A stretch of DNA of 64,000 nucleotides from Nemertoderma westbladi (lineage: Eukaryota > Animalia > Xenacoelomorpha). Shown here in pieces: positions 12,997-24,377 of the stretch. The stretch is from contig JAUCBJ010007749.1 of assembly GCA_032718475.1 (NCBI GenBank), positions 1-64,000 on the forward strand, written 5' to 3'. The position numbers and the translations under genes are program-made. Within the stretch, counting starts at the first letter, position 1. Each line of letters starts with the position of its first letter. The notes below the pieces were generated by a model. That model was not told the origin of the DNA. It did not search any database and saw nothing but the letters and a program-made list of their open reading frames with translations.

Positions 12997-14077
12997 CCCT
13001 GCCCCGGTAAGGTAAAAAATTATCCTTCACCGGTAACATGGGGTATTTTTATACCCCAAATTGATAAGACATTTTAAGTAACATTAAACAGAAAAACACT
13101 TGCAATCCCCCTCCCAGAATTTGCCAAATGGTGAAAAAATAAGTTGTGAATTTTTTTTTTCAATTTGGTTGAAGTCTACCCAACGCTCAATGCCACAAAA
13201 GTTATCCCACTACAATCACGATCATCGTTAACGTCGCGATGGGGCGTTTTGCAACAAGATACTATCATAGCGAAGCATTAGCTGTGAGAGTGTTTCTCAT
13301 TTTAGGTTTTTTAGTGGTGTTATGGGTCAAGTACACCCTGAAGTATACCATTGCAGTTCCAATAAGCATAAAATGAGTCAAATACCACCACTAAAAGTCA
13401 ACAAAGTGATATATATATACAGATATATCACCTCGCAATAGCACAAGATCTTGAATTGTAATATGAAATATACACCATGACTGCAAAAGTACTGATGATT
13501 TGGTCATAAAATGTGATTATTGTCCAACTAAATTATACATTGCAGTTTCAATGAACCCAAAATGAGACCCAAAAGGCCAGAACACCTCTAAGAAAGCCTA
13601 CACAATAAGAATTATTCACATATAGGCCTACCTGTATACTTAGCAATCTATCGCATCGCGATTAGGCCGAAGTCTTGGCTTGTGAAATACAGGCCATACA
13701 CAATACAGTAGCTTCATAATACTGATAATTTGGTCTTAAAAGACAAAGTTAAAACATGCCTCTAGATGTCTAGTACAACTAAATCGATATTGTGGTTCCA
13801 ATGAAACCAAAATGAGTCACAAAGCACCACTAAACGAGCACCATAACGTTATGGGGTATTTTTATACCCCATCTTACCTAACTAAGTTGTTTTCAAATTA
13901 AGGGCCCATAACATTTTTCATAAACAAAATTTTATGGATTTGACCCACACAATCGTTAGATTACAAGTTTTTTGGAAGATACTATGAAGTTGGACATACA
14001 TAATATAAGAGATTGTCGAAAAATATCAAAAGTAATCCCCTTGGGGTATTATTTTACCCCACGTTACCGGGGGAGGG
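12997..14077. mobile_element. piggyBac-like non-autonomous element inserted in the right arm of the foldback element
   Basis: TTAA|CCCTGCCCCGGTAA ... TTACCGGGGGAGGG|TTTTAA. Subterminal GGGGTATTTTTATACCCC repeats are present. Removing it restores AGACACTTTTTTAAAACGCT as in the left arm. Confidence 0.7.
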
Positions 14078-14337
14078 TTTTAAAACGCTTATAAAAAAAA
14101 TTTTAAGGCGAAATCGAAAATTCCGGCTTCATGGTAACAACCACGGTGAGTTGAACTACTGAACTAGTTGTGTTTCAAATTTCTAGCAATATGATAAAGA
14201 TTTGTAGAAAAATTTGGCAGTTTGGGGGGGCGGCATTTCCGTGTCATCAGAAAATGACACTATATTACGGCAGTACGGGTCAGGGTCTGATGGTGTATAT
14301 AGGCTATCAATCAGACTGTAGCCTACGAAAAACGAAC

Positions 14338-14771
14338 CTAATAAATTCCAGTGTTGATTTTGTAACCTTCAGGACAATAAATACCATCGGTTTAATTGCA
14401 AGTTTAATCTTCTCCATAACTTCCCAGTTAGATATAGTTTTGCCAGGGGTTTTAGTGGGAGGTAATGTTACAGATATATACATTCGAGCAATTGGTTTTA
14501 GGTACAATCCATAAGGTTCGTATAATTCAATGGCCTCAGAAACATCCGTACAAAGTGTTGGAGCTGTTGGCATTTTAACAGATCCTTGGACAATGTTAGT
14601 TGACTGAAGAACCCGTGTGAGGAATGGTTGGTACGTCTTATTGGTCGCATCATCCAAGTTCCCATCTTTAAGTTCTTTATCAATGGCGCTGACAGAAGTT
14701 ATAATTTCGTCGTCAATAGTATCCTCTGCCTGTAGACACAACTCGCCAGCTTCCACAGCAAGCGAAACCAT
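14338..14771 (-). CDS. AKAP17A: AKAP17A coding exon 1 (start at ATG 14771 or ATG 14573)
   Basis: DVSEAIELYEPYGLYLKPIARMYISVTLP..PGKTISNWEVMEKIK..KSTLEFIR matches the AKAP17A N-terminus. Donor AG|GTTCGT at 14338/14337 joins exon 2 in phase (AG+A = Arg, giving FIR-FE). Intron spans 7434-14337. Confidence 0.92.
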
Positions 14772-16814
14772 GTTATTGATGTGGAACCAGAATAATTATA
14801 TAGAGAATTATAGAAAAGTTAAGTGAATTATAGAATTGTAAAGAAGTGAGGGCCTACCGGTAGGCCCAACTGTTGGGTGGTATGAGGGATGAGTGTATGA
14901 CTGTATGAGGCAGGGTACTGACAGACTGAGGTACCGCGTACCGGTGCCGGTAGGTAAAGTACTAACGTAGCCAGGTAGCTGGTGCTGGTGCTGGACCCCT
15001 GGACCTATTTCTGTATTTTGTATTTTATTCAGCGATAGGCCTAATTCAGTAATTATAGGCCTACTGTCAGACTGTCTACCTGTCAGCCTGTCTATAGAGT
15101 TCAGCAGTTCTGTCAGTCTGTAACTGTAGTTCAGTGCTGCAGTGGGCCCCTACAGCCCTACACCTGTACACGTACACTACAAAGCAGCAAAGTAGGCCTA
15201 CTGCAGTCGTTCATGTCGTTCTGTAGTTGTCTGCTGGCACAGTGGCCTGGTGGCAGGCTGGTAGAATTCCAGATTACTGTCAGAGTCAGACCTGCAGACT
15301 CAGAGACTGTTAGTGTTAATCATGGCCTACTATATACTACGGCCTACCAGGTCACCTTGAGAGGCCTCTTGAAAAGAGGCCACTTATTTCAATATGATGT
15401 AACTGGTAAGTTGTACCCAAATTTACCACCCACCCCCTAATACCACTAAATCGACTATCGCGAATTCAATGGGTGTATTTTTAAATGTTTATTGGCAGCC
15501 TGAAACGATGGACAACTAACTTTTTTGACATTTTCAATATGAAGACTGGTTGAAAGCCCGAGACTATTCCTCTAGTCAGACGATAATCGACGTGTAAAAA
15601 CGCGTTAATACAGTATGTGGGTCGAGTCACGAAGTCAGGCGTAGCCTGAGCACACAATTATACAAGTATACACACGAAACATCGCGAATTAAACAGCATT
15701 CATATATTGTGTTATTAATCGGAAACCTGCTATTTTTAGAAAACATTTTATTGATTGTTGTAATATTCCTCAATCTTGTAAAAAGTAAAAGTAAAAGTAA
15801 GTTCTTTTTAAAAAGTGATAATTTTTATGGAATATATCGGCTCGTCTACTGCTCGATATTAATATTATCATTATTTATTAAGAATTAATCTACCTGTCTA
15901 CTGTAATTAATTTATAAATGTACTTAAGAAAAGCTAATTATAAATTATAGAAGCACATTGATAGCACATTGATAACTCATTTACGGAATTTGGATATCTG
16001 CCTTTTCTTAAAGTTTGTTCGTCACTTTTCGCCTTCTGCATGTTATTGAAATATATGTTAATAATTGTTCGATAGATCGTGACGGAGTAGTTCTTATGGT
16101 AATCACAAAATGGCGATGTACCATAAAGTTCAAGGAAATGGAGTGCCGCCCTTCTTATAGGAATACCCGATCTCAATAGAATATGATGTACACAGTCTAA
16201 TCCAGTAAGCAACCGAGGGTGGACTCTCTATAGCCGAGGGGCACTTGTATAATAACTAATAATCACGAACCCCATCCTCTTATAATATATAACTCTGTAG
16301 TAGTCAGTAGCAGTAGTAATAATAGTAGTAGTAGTAGTAGTATAAGTAGTAAGTAATAGTAAAGGAGATCGGTTTAAACCAAAGTGATAAAGTAACATTA
16401 TTATATAACATAACCATATAGACAAAGTAGAATAAGATACGGATTCATAATTATTTTATCAAACTCATGTACTACTTACTTCAATGTGCCAATTGTAATA
16501 ATAATTAAACATATTATTCCGATTAATCTGCGTTTGGCCCTATAAGATATTATACTGAAGTGTTTTATATCAATATATCCATGCGAGTAAACAAGAAGTA
16601 AAGTAAATGTTTATTATTATAGTTTTAGAAATTGAATGATATACCCAAGATAGTGAAATAGATAATATACAAGAAATTGCCATTTGATCAGATATATCAA
16701 AGCGGCGTCTTTAGTATAATACCGTAATAGTATCAATTAACTCTGTTATACAATGTAAATATACTAAATCTATTTATAAATATATTATGAGCCCTACATT
16801 GTATATTTCTCCTA

Positions 16815-18071
16815 CAGTCCCTATCTCATTCTAGATACTGTTTCTCAAACTGGGTACCTTTTCTCTTACCTCACTCTTACTAACTCAAACCTGTCTGGTT
16901 TACTCAAACCCAACTCAAACTCGCGTAACCACCCACTATGCACTGTGTAGCATTCATACAACAAGCTGTCTGTGTTTAATGGCCCACTCGCTTCTGTTAT
17001 ACTCTGCCTACGGGATTGATGGTCTCCTGCTGTTATAACATTCCCTAAACTTGATTTGTTTGTGTGTAATTAACTCCAGTAGACAGTGAGAATTAAGTTG
17101 CAGACTCAGTGACTCAATTTATTTTTAAATTTCAGAATAAAAAAATTATATGCTAAAAAATTATTAAACTGAAGATTTATTAATTTTTATTACATTTATT
17201 AAGTATGTATGACTCATAACATATTAACGTTATTTTACATTAAAATATAACCATATAATATAACCAACCAATTTTATAAATTTAGTTTAATGTCGCGTAT
17301 ATTTCGCTAATGTTTCTAATGTTTAACTTTAATGTTTTACTAATGTTTAATTCTCTATTACATCGTCAACACAATTATTCGCAATACATCCGGGTGTGGG
17401 GTGGGTATACCGGGCAAAGGGGCCAGAGGAAACCTCTGTAATTATAGACAGGGCCATATTTATGGGAGGGGGGGGGGGGGGGGGGGTGTTGCGAGGTCCC
17501 ATATGCACTAATAATTCTTAATTAACCATTAGATTTTTAAACTGATATGTCTTGTAAGGCACCAATTGACATCAAACAGACAGACAACAGAGCACCAATT
17601 TCCCACAACAATATTCCCAGAATTAAAACTTTCTCTACAAACAGACCGAGCCAGTGTGGTTTAGTTAACAACATACATTTAGTAAAGCCCACAAAGGAAC
17701 TGCGTGATTGACATGTCTTTTATGAGACACATGCAAGCCGGCCTGCCCAGCTTATGTAATTCAACCCATTAACTCAAGAGCCCAAGCAACAGACAGAGGC
17801 CCCTTCCCCATGTGGTGCCTCACTCAACCAGAGTAATTATCCATCCCGTACAGGAAGAGTAATGCTGAGTATGACACAGTTGGAAGTCAACCTAACTCAA
17901 ACCATGGCGCCAGACTCTAGTTTGAGTTAGATTGAGCTGGCTGCATCTTTCTGATTTCTCAACTCTTACCCCAGTCTTACCTACTGAAATTCTCCGTTGA
18001 CTATCATTAGTAAAAGGTTTGAGAAATGATACCCAGTTTGAGAAATAATATTCAGAATGAGATAGGGACTG
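16815..18071. mobile_element. Tc1/mariner-type non-autonomous element with TA target duplication
   Basis: TA|CAGTCCCTATCTCATTCT..TTTCTCAAACTGGGTA at the left end and TACCCAGTTTGAGAAA..AGAATGAGATAGGGACTG|TA at the right end. Confidence 0.8.
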
Positions 18072-18619
18072 TACAGGTAGACAATGTAGTATGTTAAAAC
18101 TTGATATAATTTGGTATAATGTATAACATATTACAAATAAGACTGAGGCAGCTAAACTATATTGCAAAGAAATCAAATATCCTAAAGTAATATACTAGAC
18201 CCTCCCTCCACCCTATAAATAGTGTTCACCACCTACCCCACCCACCACCCTTATTACTTCATAATAATGAAAGATAGTACTGGCGCTCCGGTCACTCCGT
18301 TCCCTCCGCTGGGGGGGTTAAGTTGTAGGTTTTGAAACTATGCAAAATCCGAGCACAGAGTTAGAAGCGCATTGGATAGGCGAACATTTCTTGCAGTGAA
18401 AGTATTTCCATACCTATTATAGTTTTCGAGATAGTCAGACATGAGTAGCTAAAATTTGAATTTTTTTCGGTAAAGTCTGATTTCACCGGTACCTGTCATC
18501 CGAAATATGGATTGTGATATATCGTTAGATGCGAGTCCACTAACTGTACATTCACATATTTTCAAGGAAAAAATTCGATCAAGGGTTTTCGAAATATTTT
18601 CGAATTACCGGAAGCAGAC

Positions 18620-19870
18620 TTTGGACGACCATATCTCCGGTACCGGTAGGCCTATTGAGTCGAAATTTTTTTTAATCTACTTAGAACACTCCAGTGAATG
18701 TTTTTTAGTTTGAAAGTTTTGCCCCAAAATGCTCAGAAGTAATTTCGAAAAAACTGATCATTTTGCGATCATGATCTTTTGACCCCCTAGAATTGAACTT
18801 TTTTATGGTCAAATTTTGGCTACCCCCCCTAATTCGAGGGTGAGGAATCTTTTTGTAATGTTAAGTTTTTTCATACGGTGAACTCACAGCACTTGGTCTT
18901 CGAAATAAAACCGAAAACATGATCTTTCCTGATCATGGCCTGATCAAATCGCTTTTTGAAAATTTTGAAATGCTCAAAAGTTGCCCCTTCTTAATAGAAG
19001 TCGATTAGTAAAAAAAAAGTCGGGGGTCTCAAACAAAGTTTTCAAGAAAATCGGGAAAAACCGAAAAACACGATCTTTTATGATCAGGAAGCTGATCTCG
19101 AGAACTGGTTGCCCGATCGAGCCAATTTTTTTTTAATCAACTCAGAATAGACCATTGCACATTTCTTACAATGAATGTTTATTAGAAAAATGCTTAGATT
19201 CGATTTTAAATATACTGATCTTTTCGCGATCATGATCTTGAGTTTTGACCCACTAGACTTGAACTTTTTTATGCCCAAATTTTGGCTACCCCCCATAATT
19301 CGAGGGTGAGGAATCTTTTTGTGATGTTAAGTTTTTCCATACGGTGAACTCCCAGGACTTGGTCTTTGAAATAAAACCAAAAACACGATCTTTTCTGATC
19401 GCGGCCTGATCAAATCGTTTTTTGAAAATTTCGAAATGCTCAAATGTTGCCCCTTCACCATAGAAGTCGATTCGTAAAAAAAAAATCGGGGGTCTCAAAC
19501 AAAGTGTTCGAGAACATCCAAAAAAACTAAAAAATCTGATATTTAATGATCAGGTATCAGATCTCGAGAACCAGTTGTCCGATCGAGCCAATTTTTTTTT
19601 TAATCGACTCAGGGCGGTGTTCTGAACGTTTCCTACAGTAATTGTTTATATCCAAAATGCTTAGTTCGATTTTACGAAGTCCGATCTTTGCGCGATCATG
19701 ATCTTGCGTTTTGACCGGGAAGAATTCACTTTTTTTAAAATCTTTTAACGGGAATCATGACTAATGTGGGGTCGCTGAATCTTTTTGTAATGTTAAGTTT
19801 TTCGATTGGAGCAAGCCTTGAGTGTCCGATTGCTGATCAAAACTGATCTTTGCTGATCATGGTCAAGATC
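18620..19870. repeat. ~466-bp tandem repeat (~2.7 diverged units), probably internal to a larger non-coding transposon (~18280-20100)
   Basis: AATTCGAGGGTGAGGAATC at 18831 and 19297. GCGATCATGATC at ~18765, ~19227 and ~19693. Confidence 0.8.
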
Positions 19871-20109
19871 ATGATCTGACACCTCCAAAAAAAGCTCCTT
19901 GAATGTAAACCCATATGCTGCCTATCGATTGGCGCCGGTCCCAACTCCGTAGCATTAGCCGTTTTGGCTGTAGCTCCATAGCAACGTGGTTGCTAGGGAA
20001 GCGGACTTTTTGACTCAAATTGGCCCTAGCCGGAGAACCGTAGACTTTTTTAACACATTATGTATGGCGAAAAGTCTTCTGGATAAATTTTTTTTGGGGG
20101 GGGGGGGGT

Positions 20110-20500
20110 CTAGGAACATCCTATTGTTCGTTTTCGCTTAGTTGCTGAGATCCTCTCGTCCCCCAAATCCCAGGATTCTATAAAGGCATTCTGCTGGACT
20201 AGTTCCGTGGCCGGAATAGTGTTCGGTGTTCTGCGAACAGAGAACCTAATCGGTTTAGGGCCCTGACCGTCTAGCAAAACACGTTGCCACAACATCCGTG
20301 AATTCTTTTGAAGGTATTTTAAGTCCTCCTCTGTTCAAAACTTCAACATAGTCAGATGGATTTGATTGGGATCCGAATGGGTTAGTATCAGACCCACCAG
20401 CACCACCACTATCATCTGTATAAAGGTTCGTTGGGCAACTATCGCAAGGTTGCTTAACTATTGACAGATTGTGCAACAAGAAGCCTGACACAGTATATAG
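20110..20500 (-). pseudogene. P-element/THAP9-type transposase C-terminal relic (frameshifted)
   Basis: YTVSGFLL...CDSC...EVLNRGGLKIPS resembles the Y-x-x-G / CxxC / RGGLxxPS motifs of P-type transposase C-termini. Confidence 0.6.
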
Positions 20501-20654
20501 TAGGCCATGGTGTTAATTACAGAATTAAGGTACCGGTACTACCGGTATTAATTACCGGTAACGCCACAGGTGATTGGAAAAAACATTCACCAAAAACGGA
20601 ACCGAATTTTACTAGGCCCCTATGCGGGACACACTAATAAATGGGTAGGGTAAA

Positions 20655-20955
20655 CTGGGGTAAGTTGGGACAAAATCGTCCTTTATAGCTTTTTTCAGAA
20701 TCTTAAAAACATTTTTTTGATAATCTGACCTTCTCAAGTATGCACCAGCACCATTGACCATGTACAGTAAGGCTACTGCAGTACCCATTCAATATCAATA
20801 ATATTCAATATATTTTATTTTATATTCTATCAAACTAATTACTTAATTTTTATGTTCAAAATAATTAATTACCATTTTTTAAATAATATTCATCAGTCAG
20901 TGTCCCAAATTACCCCAGCATGGCTGCATGGGGCTGTGGGGTAATTTGGGAAAGA
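20655..20955. repeat. MITE-like subterminal repeats (GGGGTAAnTTGGGA) in direct and inverted orientation
   Basis: GGGGTAAGTTGGGACA (~20657), TGTCCCAAATTACCCC (~20901), GGGGTAATTTGGGA (~20938). Confidence 0.5.
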
Positions 20956-23900
20956 AACATAAATCGAACAGACAGACATGAGTGGTCCATTATAATAATA
21001 TTAATTATTATTATTAACACAACCCATTGTAAAATAAACATTCATGCGATAAACATAATAAATTATGCATGCACTAAATTAAAAGTAAATTATAAAAGGG
21101 GAGAAGACCGCCCAGGACTGCACTTAGGGGGGGCCATACACTAAAAATCCAGAATGATGAATCTTTATTAATATAAAATTGACACAAACTTTGTTGAGAA
21201 ATTGTACAATGCTAAACAATGCATCAATAAGACCAAAAGTGGAGATTTTAAAGACTGTTCGACACCATCAGTTCAACAGTCTCCCGCTAGAGGGCTACAT
21301 ATCAAAAATGAAATGTCCTCCCATCTGCCATATCTTTGCATTTAATCCGAGCAATCTGAAACTTATCATATTTGTATTAGACCATTAGCTGTCGTGTCAT
21401 GTGTGTCATTCAAAAGGGGCTAATCTGTGTGCAGTGTCTATTCTGTTTGTCCATTTCCTTTCGTTGATCTTATCTTAATCGATTTACTGGTTTAAGCTGA
21501 GTCTTCTAATATAAATACCAAACCACAACTACCTGACTACATGCTGACATGGTGGTCTTTTTGAGGAAGGTGACTCATCTGCTGGGTCAGGCTGTCAGGC
21601 AGTTCTCCAGTCTGTTGCTAGGGGGCGAAATGTCTGAAAGTGAAAAAACATTCTCCCATTTCCGTGATTTTAATTCATATTTACTGAATCTTGGCAAAGT
21701 ATGTATGTACTATCTAGCTATGGACCGCCTACTATATGACTATAGGCCCTACTATCTGACTATACCACATGTTGCATCTTTGTGAAGATCATCAGTTCTT
21801 CAGACTGTCACTAGACGGCGAAATGTCTGAAAGCCAACACCTTACACTTACTTACTTATACTTACTTGTGATGCAGGGCCTAATTAAGGGATGGTGGGTT
21901 GGGAGCCCCTTGGAGAGGAGCCCAAAATTTGATTCAATTTCATAGTGGAAACGCTCGTTTCTTAATCAGTCGAAATCTCAAAATTTTCTGAACCTTTGCC
22001 CTAGTTTATTCATGACAAATGCCGTTGAATATATTGAAAAAAAAACATAGTAATGCGGGGATAAATATAATTAATTAAATAACGAAGTTCAATGCAGTCT
22101 TTGTCTAATGAAGATAAGTTACAAAGTTGCAAGCTTTCAGGTTCAGTTGTAACACTACTCCAAGCGTATATTTTTAAAAAAATAACGATATACTGTAGAC
22201 CTGATGAACGGTTCCAACGGAACCTGAAAGCTTGCAACGTTTTAACTTACTGTATCTTCATTAGAATAAGACTGTGGGTATTGAACTTCGTTATTTTATT
22301 AAATTATTATTATTATTCATTGATATCGTGCAGCATAATATATATGGTTCATTCCTACAGTAAATAGAGAGATATATAGAAGTACGTAGCACAAAATAGA
22401 CAAAGAAACGAACGTATAGTAATACTTGGGGGAATTTTTGCACATAATTAATTAATATCATTAAACAGAAGCAACGTAGTCTAACATATATTTTATTTCT
22501 TCACCTGGCATAACTAAATCACTACATAAACAAAAGGCTAATTCATTGCAACAATTCAACTTCCATTGATCCTTTACGTTAAACAAAAACGAACACATGG
22601 GTGAGCCACGAAGTGAGCGAAGCCTTAGCATATGGGTGCCATTAACGAGTTGTCTCCATCTCGTCGTAAATATTTGAACGCTAATAACTCGGTCATTCCT
22701 TGATGAAATTAAACGAATACATGGTTACTATTGGTACTTTAAGACACGCTCATAACGAAAAAATCATTCACGGGAAAATGCGATTTAGTATAAGACAGAA
22801 ATATCGCGCTTTGATTCTTTAGCGAACAACTAAATTATAGTCACATAATGGATTCTGCAATGAGTAGAATACCAATACTTTCTATATGCACCTAAACAGG
22901 GGCGCTGAATTCAAAAATAACCTCTAAAATATCTTAAAGTTGACACAAATATGATTTTATCTACTCAACTATCTGTGAAACGAAAATTCAGCCTACGCAA
23001 CTATAACCTATGAAACTACCCGTACTTCACACATGATATCTCGTTAACGAAACAAGGTATGGATATGGATAAACTGTTTTTAGATTTTATATCTTTTTTA
23101 GATTTTATTATTATTATTTATTTTTTTTATTTATTTTATTACTTCTTTTTTAGATTTGTTTTTAGATATTTTTTTCCATTGAACACAGATATCAAAATAT
23201 CGATGAATGTGAAACACGGAAGATAAATTATGTATGAAAGTTGTTCTGTGACACTGAGAGCTTCCCGCATTTACAGTGTCCTGTCGTGGAACTAATTAAT
23301 GGCTTGATTGTTTCTATGAGATACTCAAATGTGTCGCAATCCATCCGCAGATATCGCCGATATTGATGTTGTGCATCACACTCTAATAACTCTTGCATTA
23401 TAATGCGATATAGCGATTTTCTTTGCTCCTCAGACAGCCCGTTATCACTTCACTCGCCCCATTTCTTTTTCGGTTCAACCAACAGATAGAAGAGTCAGGC
23501 AATTGCCGAGTTATTCAATAGGACATTTGACTGTAAATTGTACCTTTTTTGCAGTTTTACTGCAATTTGTATAGAATTTTAACGATTTATGATGTTAAAA
23601 AATAGGGGCAGTGGGCAATGCGAAATGTTCCAAAATTATAGGGAGGCTGCGCAAGAATATAATAATAGCCAGCACTACTATTTTACATCACACTAACTAC
23701 AGTAAGTTGCTCTCAAAGGCCATGTTGCTGGTAAAGTTGCCGCCACGCTTAAACTGCGAAAAATTAAGTTGCTCCAAAAAGTTGCAAGTTGACGATAAAA
23801 GTTGCTCAAAAAGTTGCTACGTCTGAACCGGCCTTTAGAACAGTTAATTCTTCCAAATCGTTACACCTCAACACGAGGTAACTCAGAGAATGCAATAATT

Positions 23901-24377
23901 AATTACAAATTTGGTAATTACACCATATAATATAAAATCACAATTCACAGGCTTGCATTTTTTGGCAAAGTGCAAACTCTGCACTGTGGTTGAAATTGTC
24001 ACAGATTTTCTAAGGAGAGTCTCTGAATGATCTTACTTCATGCGATATTCTAAAAGATGATATTATATTTCGTTGAGATAGGAGACAGGACAGGACTTAT
24101 TTTCACCGACTTGCTGTATGTGTAGGGGATGATTATCATTATTGTTGAAAATATATTAAAATGTTTCAAAATATGAACAATTATGATTTATTAGAATAAA
24201 AGAAAAGGAGAAATACTATTCAGTAAATAGTATAATTTAAACAGTATATACATATATATATATAATATAAATATACTGTACAATACACTGCAATTGAAAG
24301 TCTCAAACAACAATCGTTTAAGAGTAATTTATAAATGAATCCCAAAGAAATATAAATTTTAAGAATAGGCCTACAAT

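Larger units (their letters stand above)
10457..14301. mobile_element. Foldback or non-autonomous TIR element with ~220-bp inverted arms and nested insertions
   Basis: 10457-10680 is the reverse complement of 12935-12996 plus 14078-14301 (e.g. ATAGTGTCATTTTCTGATGACACGG vs CCGTGTCATCAGAAAATGACACTAT). An internal inverted repeat lies at ~10787-10856 / ~10945-11013. Confidence 0.75.

Noticed and set aside
15900-16350. Possible LINE 3' end before a degenerate (TAG)n tract
   Set aside because: I could not read convincing protein motifs, so it may be a plain microsatellite.
21000-24300. Short AT-rich ORFs and possible transposon ends (e.g. AAGTTGC repeats at ~23700-23836)
   Set aside because: No recognisable domains, and no paired termini or TSDs that I could establish.
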